Source of the DNA: Burkholderiaceae bacterium
GTDB taxonomy: Bacteria > Pseudomonadota > Gammaproteobacteria > Burkholderiales > Burkholderiaceae_C
NCBI GenBank assembly: GCA_040382935.1
Contig: JBEIEP010000015.1
Span: 213-64,212, forward strand
DNA: 64,000 bases
Direction of reading: 5' to 3'
The notes under the pieces were generated by a model. The model was not told the DNA's origin and did not search any database. It worked only from the letters and a program-made list of their open reading frames with translations. Positions 49,827-58,595 of the stretch are shown here, one piece after another. Each line of letters begins with the position of its first letter. The first letter of the stretch is position 1. Both the position numbers and the translations under genes were made by a program.

Positions 49827-51509
49827 TTAGCCATCAGCACCCAACAATTCACGGGTGTAAGGATGCTGTGCCCGCGTTTGCAAGACTTCGATAGGCCCTT
49901 GCTCCACCACTTGGCCATTTTTAAGCACGAGTAAATCGTGCGCCATGGCCTGTACCACGGCCATGTCGTGGGTGATGAGCAGGTAGGCCAAACCACGTTC
50001 GGCTTGCAGTTGTTGCAGCAGTTCTAAAACCTGCCCCTGAATGGTGAGGTCCAGGGCGCTGGTGGGTTCGTCCAAAATCACCAAGGCGGGTTGCACGATC
50101 AGCGCTCTGGCAATGGCAATGCGCTGACGTTGTCCCCCAGAAAACTGGTGGGGGTAGCGTTGCAGCAGGCCGGGGTACTGGTGCTCGGTCAGGCCCACGG
50201 CTTGTAATTCTTGCAATACGCGTTCTTGGCGCTGGGCGGCGGTCAAATGGGCTTGGTGGACCTGCAAGCCCTCGCCCACAATCTCACCCACCGTTAACCG
50301 GGGGGAAAGGGAAGAATACGGGTCTTGAAACACCACTTGCACTTTTTTGCGCAGGGCCAAGTTGTGTTTGGCCTTGGTCTGCCAATGCTGGTCAAACACG
50401 GTAACTTGGCCGGTATACGGGATCAGCCCCAAGCAGGCCAGGGCCAAACTGCTCTTGCCCGAACCCGACTCGCCAATGATGCCCAAGGTTTTTCCGGCCT
50501 GTACCTGAAAGGAGACGCCCTGCACGGCCGAGAAACGCCCTTTTTGAAACCACCCTTTGATGCCGGGTAAGCGGGTGGCGCAATCAACACCTAGCTGTTG
50601 GGCCTGTAGCACTATAGGCGTAATGGCGTCGCCGTTTGAGGGTGTCTGTTGGCGACGCCGTACCGGCACGCTATCGACCAAACGCTGGGTGTAGGGATGT
50701 TGCGGGGCTTGCAACAAGGGTTCTGTGCGCCCCTGCTCCACACAATGGCCTTTTTCTAGCACCAGCGTGTGGTCGGCAAAGCGTTTGACGACGCCCAAGT
50801 CATGGGTAATCAACACAACGGCCATGCCGGTTTGGGCTTGCAGCCTGTCCAAAAGAGCCATGATTTGTTGGCGCACGGCCACGTCTAAAGCGGTGGTGGG
50901 CTCATCGGCAATCAAAATATCGGGCCGGCCAGCCAGTGCCATGGCAATCATGGCGCGTTGGCGTTCACCCCCAGAGAGCTGATGCGGGTAAGCGGCGTAC
51001 TTGGCGGCCGGTTGGGTTAAGGCGGCTTGGGCCAATAGGTCTATGGCTTGCTTGGCCGCTTCAGCCTGCCCTAGCGCGTGGTGCAGGCCAAGGGTTTCTG
51101 TGATTTGTTGCCCTATGGTTAGCAACGGGTTAAGCGCCGACATAGGCTCTTGGAACACCATGGCGATTCGCCGCCCTCTCACATTTTGCAATACCGATGG
51201 CGGCGCACCCATTAACTCGACGGCGAGTTCGGCGGCTTGAGCGGACCTGTTCGCGTCGGGCAAGTGCGGCAGTGCCTGCGGCAGCGACTGGGCGCTGCCC
51301 GCAACCTGTGCACCCTCTAGCAAACCCAGCAACGCCAACGCAGCGACAGTTTTGCCAGAACCGGACTCACCCACAATGGCTAGTTTTTGGCCCCGGTGTA
51401 GATCAAAACTAAGGTCATGCAACACCGTTTGCCCGCCAAATGCGACGTGCAGGTTTTGCACCCGCAGCAAGGGGGCAAGGGCTACAGAACGGGGGTCTAT
51501 AGCGTTCAT
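49827..51509 (-). CDS. yejF: ABC transporter ATP-binding protein with two ATPase cassettes (YejF type)
   Basis: Two Walker A motifs (GESGSGKT and GESGSGKS) and two LSGG signatures. The ATG at 51509 forms an ATGA overlap with the yejE stop. Confidence 0.85.
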   Translation of the reverse strand: MNAIDPRSVALAPLLRVQNLHVAFGGQTVLHDLSFDLHRGQKLAIVGESGSGKTVAALALLGLLEGAQVAGSAQSLPQALPHLPDANRSAQAAELAVELMGAPPSVLQNVRGRRIAMVFQEPMSALNPLLTIGQQITETLGLHHALGQAEAAKQAIDLLAQAALTQPAAKYAAYPHQLSGGERQRAMIAMALAGRPDILIADEPTTALDVAVRQQIMALLDRLQAQTGMAVVLITHDLGVVKRFADHTLVLEKGHCVEQGRTEPLLQAPQHPYTQRLVDSVPVRRRQQTPSNGDAITPIVLQAQQLGVDCATRLPGIKGWFQKGRFSAVQGVSFQVQAGKTLGIIGESGSGKSSLALACLGLIPYTGQVTVFDQHWQTKAKHNLALRKKVQVVFQDPYSSLSPRLTVGEIVGEGLQVHQAHLTAAQRQERVLQELQAVGLTEHQYPGLLQRYPHQFSGGQRQRIAIARALIVQPALVILDEPTSALDLTIQGQVLELLQQLQAERGLAYLLITHDMAVVQAMAHDLLVLKNGQVVEQGPIEVLQTRAQHPYTRELLGADG

Positions 51510-52585
51510 GCAGTCGCCTTTCTGGGGTCCAGTGCGTCGCGCAGGGCATCGCCAATTAAGGTCAGCAACAATAGGGTGACCACCAGCACCACAAAGGTGG
51601 ACAAAGAAATCCACCACGCGTCAATGTTGTTTTTACCTTGCAGCAGCAGTTCACCCAAGGACGGCGTACCCGGCGGCACCCCCAAGCCCAAAAAATCCAG
51701 CGAAGTCAAAGCCAGGATGGCCCCACTCATGCGAAACGGTAAAAAAGTGACCACTGGGGTCAGGCTGTTGGGCAGCAGGTGACGCCAAATAATGGCCCGG
51801 TCACTCACACCCAGCGCTCTGGCGGCGCGCACATAGTCCATTTGCCGGTTCTTGAAGAATTCAGCCCGAACATAGTCCGACAAGCCCATCCAGCCAAAAA
51901 GGCTGAGCAGAATCACCAGCAACCACAAGCTGGGCGTAAACAAGGCACTGATGATGATGAGCAGGTAAAGCTCTGGCATGGAGCTCCAGACCTCGATGAG
52001 GCGTTGTAAGGTTAGGTCAAGCTTGCCGCCAAAGTAGCCTTGCACCGCCCCGGCCAGCAGGCCTAGCACCACACCGGTAAGGGTTAAGACAAAGCCAAAC
52101 ATGACGCTGATACGAAACCCGTAAATGAGTTGGGCCAATAGGTCACGGCCCCTGTCGTCGGTGCCCAACCAGTTAACGGACGTGGGCGGCGAAGGGTTGG
52201 GCCCGGCGGCAAAGTAGTTGATGGTGTTGGGCCCAAAGGGGTTGGGGGCGTACATGGCCCAATTGGGCGAGGTGGTGAGCCGCTGGCGGATATAAGGGTC
52301 CAGGTAATCGGTGGGGGTTTCAAAGTCGCCACCAAAGGTGGTTTCTGGGTAGTTGTTGGCGACTGGAAAGTAAAACTGGCCTTGGTAACGCACCACCAGC
52401 GGTTTGTCGGTGGAGAGCACATCCGCCAAAAGGCTTAAGACCACCAAACCACAAAACAAAACCAGGCTCACAAAACCCAATCGATTGGCGCGAAAACGTG
52501 CCCAGGCCCGACGCGTGGGGCTGATAATGGGTGCGGTGGTCAACGAGGTGCTAGTCGAATTTGACACGGGGGTCCACCCAGGCAT
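51506..52585 (-). CDS. yejE: ABC transporter permease (YejE type)
   Basis: Contains RRAWARFRANRLGFVSL, multiple TM spans and the EAA-like DYVRAARALG. The start is uncertain (52585 ATG or about 52567 GTG). Confidence 0.8.
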   Translation of the reverse strand: MPGWTPVSNSTSTSLTTAPIISPTRRAWARFRANRLGFVSLVLFCGLVVLSLLADVLSTDKPLVVRYQGQFYFPVANNYPETTFGGDFETPTDYLDPYIRQRLTTSPNWAMYAPNPFGPNTINYFAAGPNPSPPTSVNWLGTDDRGRDLLAQLIYGFRISVMFGFVLTLTGVVLGLLAGAVQGYFGGKLDLTLQRLIEVWSSMPELYLLIIISALFTPSLWLLVILLSLFGWMGLSDYVRAEFFKNRQMDYVRAARALGVSDRAIIWRHLLPNSLTPVVTFLPFRMSGAILALTSLDFLGLGVPPGTPSLGELLLQGKNNIDAWWISLSTFVVLVVTLLLLTLIGDALRDALDPRKATA

Positions 52586-53597
52586 AAGAAAGATCCGATA
52601 TAAGCTTGGTGAGCAAGCCAATAACAGTGAAGAAAAACAGCGAGCCCATCACCACAGGATAGTCGCGGCGAATCACAGCCTCATACGATAGCAGGCCCAA
52701 TCCGTCTAGCGAGAACTGGGTTTCTATGAGCAAAGACCCGGCAAAAAACGCCCCTACAAAGGCCGCTGGGAAACCGGTCATGATGGGGATTAAGGCATTG
52801 CGAAACACATGGCGGGTCATCACAGCGCGTTCCGACAGGCCTTTGGCCCTTGCGGTCACCACGTACTGTTTGCGAATTTCTTCTAGCACGGCGTTTTTGG
52901 TGAGCATTGCGGTGGTGGCAAAGCTGCCAATCACCATGGCTGTGACCGGCATGGCAATGTGCCACAGGTAATCCACCACCTTGCCCATCAGGCTTAATTC
53001 GTCAAAGTTACTTGAGCTTAGCCCCCTTAGCGGAAACCATTCCAACTGCCCGCCAAACACCACCAACAAAGCCACCCCCAATACAAATCCGGGAATGGCA
53101 TACCCGATCATGACAAAAAAGGTGGTCACCAGATCCCAGCGCGAACCTGCCCGTACTGCCTTCCAAACCCCCAGAGGCACGGCCACCAGATAGCTGATAA
53201 AAAAGGTCCAAAGTCCCAGGCTCATGGACACCGGTAATTTTTCCCAAATCAGGGTTGCGACGTCTTTGTTTTGGTAAAAACTTTTGCCCAGGTCCAGCCG
53301 CAAAAACTGCCCCAGCATCTGAAAAAAACGTTCATGTGCCGGTTTGTCAAAGCCGTACAGGGCTTTGATTTGCTCTATCCGTTTGGGGTCCACCCCCTGT
53401 GCGCCCCGGTAGCCTCCACCACTGCCACCGCTCTCACCGGCGACTGACCCCCCGCCTTTTAGTCCGGCTTTGGCCTCGGCCAAGTATTGTTCTACGGGGC
53501 CACCGGGTACAAATTGAATAACGGTAAACGTCACCAACAACACCCCCAACAAGGTCGGAATCATCAAGAGCAGGCGCTTAAGAATATAGATGGCCAT
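52551..53597 (-). CDS. yejB: ABC transporter permease (YejB type)
   Basis: Starts MAIYILKRLLLMIPTLLGV and contains QYVVTARAKGLSE. Confidence 0.85.
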   Translation of the reverse strand: MAIYILKRLLLMIPTLLGVLLVTFTVIQFVPGGPVEQYLAEAKAGLKGGGSVAGESGGSGGGYRGAQGVDPKRIEQIKALYGFDKPAHERFFQMLGQFLRLDLGKSFYQNKDVATLIWEKLPVSMSLGLWTFFISYLVAVPLGVWKAVRAGSRWDLVTTFFVMIGYAIPGFVLGVALLVVFGGQLEWFPLRGLSSSNFDELSLMGKVVDYLWHIAMPVTAMVIGSFATTAMLTKNAVLEEIRKQYVVTARAKGLSERAVMTRHVFRNALIPIMTGFPAAFVGAFFAGSLLIETQFSLDGLGLLSYEAVIRRDYPVVMGSLFFFTVIGLLTKLISDLSYAWVDPRVKFD

Positions 53598-53604
53598 AGC
53601 GTCG

Positions 53605-55443
53605 TTAAGGTTGTAGTGCCCACCAGGTTTCAATAGCCCAAGTTTCGCCAGTGGCGTAGGGCGGCATGGCACCGGGCAAGCCTAGCCGTTTGGCACTGTA
53701 GGCCATCCGGTGGGTAGAACTAGACCATTGCGGGATTAGGTAGTGGCTGTGCGCAATAACGCGATCCAGCGCACGGCAAGCAGGCAACAGTTGTGGTTTG
53801 GATTTTGCGGTGGTCATTTTGGCAATGATGGCGTCTACCGCAGGACTCTTGACGCCTGCATAGTTGCCCGAGTCTTCGGTATCCGCTGCCTTGCTACCAA
53901 ACATTTCGGCGTATTCCTGGCCGGGGTTGTGGGTACCACCAAAAGCCAAACTGGTGATATCAAAGTCAAACTTGTGCAGGCGCTGTTGGTACAGCGAAAA
54001 ATCCACCACGCGCAATTTCAATTTGATGCCCAGTTTTTCAAGGTTGCGCGCCCATGGTGCCACCACCCGCGCCATGTTTTCGTTGCTATCGAGCAGTTCA
54101 AGCTCCAAAGCCTCACCCTTGGCGTTGCGAAGCTGTCCCGCTTGCGGCGTCCATCCCGCTTGCGCCAACAAGGCTCTGGCTTTGAGCAAATTGGCGCGCA
54201 AGCTACTGTTGCCATCGGTGCGGGGCGGCACCACCATCTCCCCCCACACGCTGGCGGGCAACTGGGACTGCCACGGTTTGAGCAGGGCCAACTCATCGTT
54301 GGAGGGCAAGCCCTTGGCCTGGCAATCGGTGTTACCAAACAGGCCCTGCACCCGCACGTAGGCGTTGTAAAACAGTTGGCGGTTCAGCCACTCGTAATCC
54401 ATCGCAAGTCCCAGTGCCTCGCGCACACGGGGGTCTGACAAGTGGGGCCGCCGGGTATTGAGCACATAGCTTTGAAACCCGCTGGGCAATTGATGGGCAA
54501 ACTCGGCTTTCACCAATTCACCCGAATCGAAACGCTTGCCCGCCACGCGCCTGGCCCAATCGCCCGCCGAGAAAAATCGCATCAGGTCAAATTCGCCCGC
54601 CTTCAGCGCCTCAAGCCTAGCGGTACTGTCTTTGTAGATTTTGACGGTAATGCGGTCAAAGTTGGCCGTGCCCACCCGCACATTGAGGTGGTTGCCCCAG
54701 TAGTTGGGGTCCCGCACATAAGTAATGTCTTTGCCAAATTTGACCGGGCCTATTTTGTAGGGGCCAGAGCCAATCGGTATGTCCATGACTACCTTGTCAA
54801 ACGCCTTGGGCTGGCCATTGACCCTGCCCCATTCGTGGCTGAACACTGGCAATGCGCCTACGGTAAGCGGCAGTTCGCGGTTGGGCTTTTTAAAGCGGTA
54901 GCGCACAGTTCGCTCATCCAGCACATCCAACCCGGCCACGTCTTCTAGGACACTTTTATAGGCCGGTTTGGTCAATGGCCCCATCAAGGTGTTAAAGCTG
55001 TGCAATACATCTTTGGCCAGTACCGGCTTGCCATTGTGAAAGCGCGCGTTGGCCCGCAGTTTAAAAGTTGCACTCAGTCCATCAACTGCCACCTGCACAT
55101 CTTCGGCCAGCAAGCCATAGCCCGAGGCCGTTTCGTCCATCGCCCCAGTCAGCAGCGATTCAAACATCAAGTCCGACAAATACGCCGGTTCGTTGCCTTT
55201 GATGGTGAAGGGGTTGTATTTGTCAAAGGTGGACACACGCAGGTTGCTGACCAAGCGCAACTCGCCCTGCTTGGGCGCTTTGGGGTTGACGTAGTCAAAA
55301 TGGGCAAAGCCGGGGGGGTATTTGAGGTCGTTCCACAGGGCATAGCCGTGCGCCGCCCAGGCGGGCGTGGCGCAACCCGCTGTCCAGAACGCAGCCAGCA
55401 GCCAGTGCAATGCGTGACGCCTCATCAAGGTAAAACCCAACAT
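53605..55443 (-). CDS. yejA: Periplasmic family-5 solute-binding protein (YejA type)
   Basis: A signal peptide ending AWAAHG is followed by a long SBP_bac_5-like body. It is the first gene of the yejABEF-like operon. Confidence 0.8.
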   Translation of the reverse strand: MLGFTLMRRHALHWLLAAFWTAGCATPAWAAHGYALWNDLKYPPGFAHFDYVNPKAPKQGELRLVSNLRVSTFDKYNPFTIKGNEPAYLSDLMFESLLTGAMDETASGYGLLAEDVQVAVDGLSATFKLRANARFHNGKPVLAKDVLHSFNTLMGPLTKPAYKSVLEDVAGLDVLDERTVRYRFKKPNRELPLTVGALPVFSHEWGRVNGQPKAFDKVVMDIPIGSGPYKIGPVKFGKDITYVRDPNYWGNHLNVRVGTANFDRITVKIYKDSTARLEALKAGEFDLMRFFSAGDWARRVAGKRFDSGELVKAEFAHQLPSGFQSYVLNTRRPHLSDPRVREALGLAMDYEWLNRQLFYNAYVRVQGLFGNTDCQAKGLPSNDELALLKPWQSQLPASVWGEMVVPPRTDGNSSLRANLLKARALLAQAGWTPQAGQLRNAKGEALELELLDSNENMARVVAPWARNLEKLGIKLKLRVVDFSLYQQRLHKFDFDITSLAFGGTHNPGQEYAEMFGSKAADTEDSGNYAGVKSPAVDAIIAKMTTAKSKPQLLPACRALDRVIAHSHYLIPQWSSSTHRMAYSAKRLGLPGAMPPYATGETWAIETWWALQP

Positions 55444-55554
55444 GCGACAATTCTGCCTGAAACTTGGCGACCTGCGCGCGGTCTGGCTAACATTGCCGCC
55501 GCGCCGCTGTAGCGCCTATCGGATAATCTGGGTTTACCTAAAGGACATGACACC

Positions 55555-56346
55555 ATGGGATTTTTAGCGGGAAAAAAACTACTCATTACTGGGCTGCTGA
55601 GCAACCGTTCTATCGCCTACGGCATTGCCAAAGCCTGCCACCGCGAAGGTGCTGAACTGGCGTTTAGTTATGTGGGCGAGCGTTTTAAAGACCGCATTAC
55701 CGCCTTTGCCGCCGAGTTCAACTCCCAGTTGGTGTTTGACTGCGATGTGGGCAGCGACGAGCAAATCGCAAAAATGTTTTCTGATTTGGCAAGCCATTGG
55801 CCCACCTTTGACGGCTTTGTGCACAGCATTGGTTTTGCCCCGCGTGAGGCGCTAGAGGGCAATTTTTTAGATGGCTTAACCCGCGAGAACTACCGCATTG
55901 CCCACGACATCAGTGCCTACAGCTTTCCAGCGTTGGCCAAAGCCGCCCTGCCCTACCTTAATCCGCAATCGTCATTGCTTACGCTGTCTTACCTGGGGGC
56001 CTTGCGGGCCGTGCCCAACTACAACACCATGGGTTTGGCCAAGGCGTCACTAGAGGCGTCGGTGCGCTACTTGGCCGAGGCGGTGGGTTCCAAAAATATC
56101 CGCGTTAACGGCATTAGCGCCGGGCCTATCAAAACATTGGCGGCCAGCGGCATTAAAGACTTTGGCAAGTTGCTGAGCGCTGTGGCCAGCGCCACCCCAC
56201 TGCGCCGCAACGTGACGATTGACGAAGTGGGCAATGTGGCGGCGTTTTTGTTGAGCGACCTGTCCAGCGGTGTGACTTCTGAAATCACCTACGTGGACTG
56301 TGGCTACAGCCAAGGCGTTGGCGTATCGGCCGATAACCTGGGCTAA
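55555..56346 (+). CDS. fabI: Enoyl-ACP reductase (NADH)
   Basis: Contains [20 protein letters not shown], the [13 protein letters not shown] catalytic Tyr/Lys region and [12 protein letters not shown]. Confidence 0.95.
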   Translation: MGFLAGKKLLITGLLSNRSIAYGIAKACHREGAELAFSYVGERFKDRITAFAAEFNSQLVFDCDVGSDEQIAKMFSDLASHWPTFDGFVHSIGFAPREALEGNFLDGLTRENYRIAHDISAYSFPALAKAALPYLNPQSSLLTLSYLGALRAVPNYNTMGLAKASLEASVRYLAEAVGSKNIRVNGISAGPIKTLAASGIKDFGKLLSAVASATPLRRNVTIDEVGNVAAFLLSDLSSGVTSEITYVDCGYSQGVGVSADNLG

Positions 56347-56393
56347 TCAAGGTCTTCCCATCTGACACTTCCTTACCCACTGAAAGACGCATC

Positions 56394-57668
56394 ATGATTT
56401 CTACCAGCGCCGCAGCAATCCCCTTTGAGTGGGTCAGTGCCACCTTGTTTGCGGTGGCGATTTTGCACACCTTTATGACCAAGTTTTTCGACCACTTGGC
56501 CGTAACGCGCCCTGCTCATGCGGGGATTTGGCACCTGTTGGGCGAGGTGGAGGTGGTGTTTGGGTTTTGGGCACTGGTTTTGGTACTGACCATGGCGGTA
56601 ATGCTGGGGGGTAGCCAGGCCATCACTTATGTGGACTCCCGTAACTTTACTGAGCCGCTGTTTATCTTTGTGATTATGGTGATTGCGGCAACCAAGCCGG
56701 TGTTGCAGGTCTCTCAGGCGGTGATCACGCAACTGGCCAAAGCGTTACCACTGCCCAGTGGCATGTCGTTTTATGCGGTGGTGATGGTGTTTGTTCCCTT
56801 GCTGGGGTCCTTTATTACCGAGCCTGCGGCCATGACATTGGCAGCCATGTTGTTGGCCAAACAGGTGTACTCACAATCTATTTCTACCCGCCTCAAGTAC
56901 GCCACGATTGGTGCCTTGTTTGTTAACGTGTCGATAGGTGGAACCCTAACCTCTTATGCTGCGCCTCCGGTGTTGATGGTGGCGGGTGCCTGGGGCTGGG
57001 ACACGGCCTTTATGTTTACCCACTTTGGCTGGAAAGCAGCCATTGCGGTGTTGGTCAACACCCTGTTGGTGATGGCTTTGTGTCGCAAAGAACTGCTGGC
57101 CTTGCGCGTCAACCCTGCTAACGAGAATGCAAGCAAGGTGCCGACCGCCTTGGTGGTCACCCATCTGCTTTTTTTGGCCGCTATGGTGGTGTTTGCCCAT
57201 CACCCCGCCGTTTTTCTAGGCTTGTTTTTGTTCTTTTTAGGGATTGCCCATGCTTATGAGCGGCATCAAGACCGGCTGATTCTGCGCGAGGCCCTGCTAG
57301 TGGCCTTCTTTTTGGCGGGGCTGGTGGTGTTGGGTGGGCAACAGGCCTGGTGGCTCAAACCCCTGTTAATGAGCCTAAGCCCCCAAGAGGTGTATTGGGG
57401 TGCCACGGTGCTCACAGCCTTTACCGACAATGCCGCACTTACCTACCTTGGTTCTTTGGTGCCCAACTTGACACCCGAGTTTCAATACGCGCTGGTGGCA
57501 GGGGCTGTAACAGGTGGAGGCCTTACCGTGATCGCCAACGCGCCCAACCCCGCGGGCATGGCGATTTTGCAACCCTATTTTGCCGATGAGTCGGTGCATC
57601 CACTGGGGCTAGCCGCTGCGGCACTGGTGCCTACCTTGGTGGCGGCTGCGGCGTTTTTGTTGCTTTAA
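56394..57668 (+). CDS. Polytopic membrane protein, putative Na+/H+ antiporter family (DUF1504-like)
   Basis: Contains LFAVAILHTFMTKFFDHLA...HLLGEVEVVFGFWALVL and about 10 or more hydrophobic spans. Confidence 0.6.
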   Translation: MISTSAAAIPFEWVSATLFAVAILHTFMTKFFDHLAVTRPAHAGIWHLLGEVEVVFGFWALVLVLTMAVMLGGSQAITYVDSRNFTEPLFIFVIMVIAATKPVLQVSQAVITQLAKALPLPSGMSFYAVVMVFVPLLGSFITEPAAMTLAAMLLAKQVYSQSISTRLKYATIGALFVNVSIGGTLTSYAAPPVLMVAGAWGWDTAFMFTHFGWKAAIAVLVNTLLVMALCRKELLALRVNPANENASKVPTALVVTHLLFLAAMVVFAHHPAVFLGLFLFFLGIAHAYERHQDRLILREALLVAFFLAGLVVLGGQQAWWLKPLLMSLSPQEVYWGATVLTAFTDNAALTYLGSLVPNLTPEFQYALVAGAVTGGGLTVIANAPNPAGMAILQPYFADESVHPLGLAAAALVPTLVAAAAFLLL

Positions 57669-58066
57669 GCGGCTCTGACTTCGTTGAGTAAATGGGGGTG
57701 GCGATCAAGCAATTTAAACAGCTTCACCAGTGCCAAAGGTGGTCTGGTTTTCCCATTTTCATACCGGGAAAAAGCGTTTACGCCGCCACCAAAAATTTCT
57801 GCTGCCTCACGTTGTCCAAGATCAAGTTTTTTGCGCACATTAACGATGAAAACGGGGTCGACCGCAGCCGCATTCACCTGTTTGTTAAAAGCTTGCATCT
57901 CACGCATGACACGATTGGTTTCCGCCATATCGGTGATGGATTCATCGCATGCGGGACAAAAGTCGGCTGTTACTGAAGGTATTACCGTCGCTTCGCCTTT
58001 GTACATATAGGGCAGGTCGCGGGTGTCATGGATCAATTGCGCGGCACCGCATACTGGACATTTCAT
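57665..58066 (-). CDS. mqsA: MqsA-family antitoxin (zinc ribbon plus HTH)
   Basis: Contains MKCPVCG...CPACDE and REAAEIFGGGVNAFSRYENGKTRPPLALVKLFKLL. The AAGGAG spacing favours the ATG at 58066 over 58072. Confidence 0.85.
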   Translation of the reverse strand: MKCPVCGAAQLIHDTRDLPYMYKGEATVIPSVTADFCPACDESITDMAETNRVMREMQAFNKQVNAAAVDPVFIVNVRKKLDLGQREAAEIFGGGVNAFSRYENGKTRPPLALVKLFKLLDRHPHLLNEVRAA

Positions 58067-58068
58067 GG

Positions 58069-58365
58069 TCATAGCTCCTTAAACGACACGATCAATACAT
58101 CCTCTATCACTGTTAGCTTCAAGTAAACGTCACCCACCTGAGTCCTTGGTCGGTAAACATCTTGCCAAACAGTGTGGTCCACGTGGGTAGTCATGCTTTT
58201 ATAGAAATCCGAGGGCGCGAGCGCCGTTATCACAGACAACATACCCGAAAGATCCAGCCCCAACGCAGTAGCGCCAATTCTGGCCGACTGCGTGACGCGA
58301 ACTTTGCCTATTTCCACCAAGCGCTTCACGACCACCAGATTGCAGTGTGGAGAATGCTTTTCCAT
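58069..58365 (-). CDS. mqsR: MqsR-family toxin
   Basis: 98 aa: MEKHSPHCNLVVVKRLVE...YKSMTTHVDHTVWQDVYRP...VYLKLTVIEDVLIVSFKEL. The toxin-first gene order is typical of mqsRA. Confidence 0.85.
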   Translation of the reverse strand: MEKHSPHCNLVVVKRLVEIGKVRVTQSARIGATALGLDLSGMLSVITALAPSDFYKSMTTHVDHTVWQDVYRPRTQVGDVYLKLTVIEDVLIVSFKEL

Positions 58366-58377
58366 TCTTCAATTATA

Positions 58378-58388
58378 ACCAAGTTGGT
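58378..58388. promoter_or_regulatory. Short palindrome ACCAAgTTGGT just upstream of mqsR
   Basis: 5+5 bp inverted repeat, 13-23 nt from the mqsR ATG. It is reminiscent of the ACCT..AGGT-type MqsA boxes but not identical to them. Confidence 0.25.
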
Positions 58389-58595
58389 ATGTTTTGGGTC
58401 AATAACATTGTCACTCTGAGGCAAGCGACCAAAACCGTCCTAGGGAAAACTCGCTGTGCAGATATGAGCCACGAGAATGGATGCACCACAAGGCGGATTT
58501 TGCAGCTCATACCGGGCGGTAAAGCCTAAAAAGCCAACGCAGTGGGGCGCCATTATCGGGGGCTCAGATCGCGCATGGGGTTTTGCAGAGGTTCC

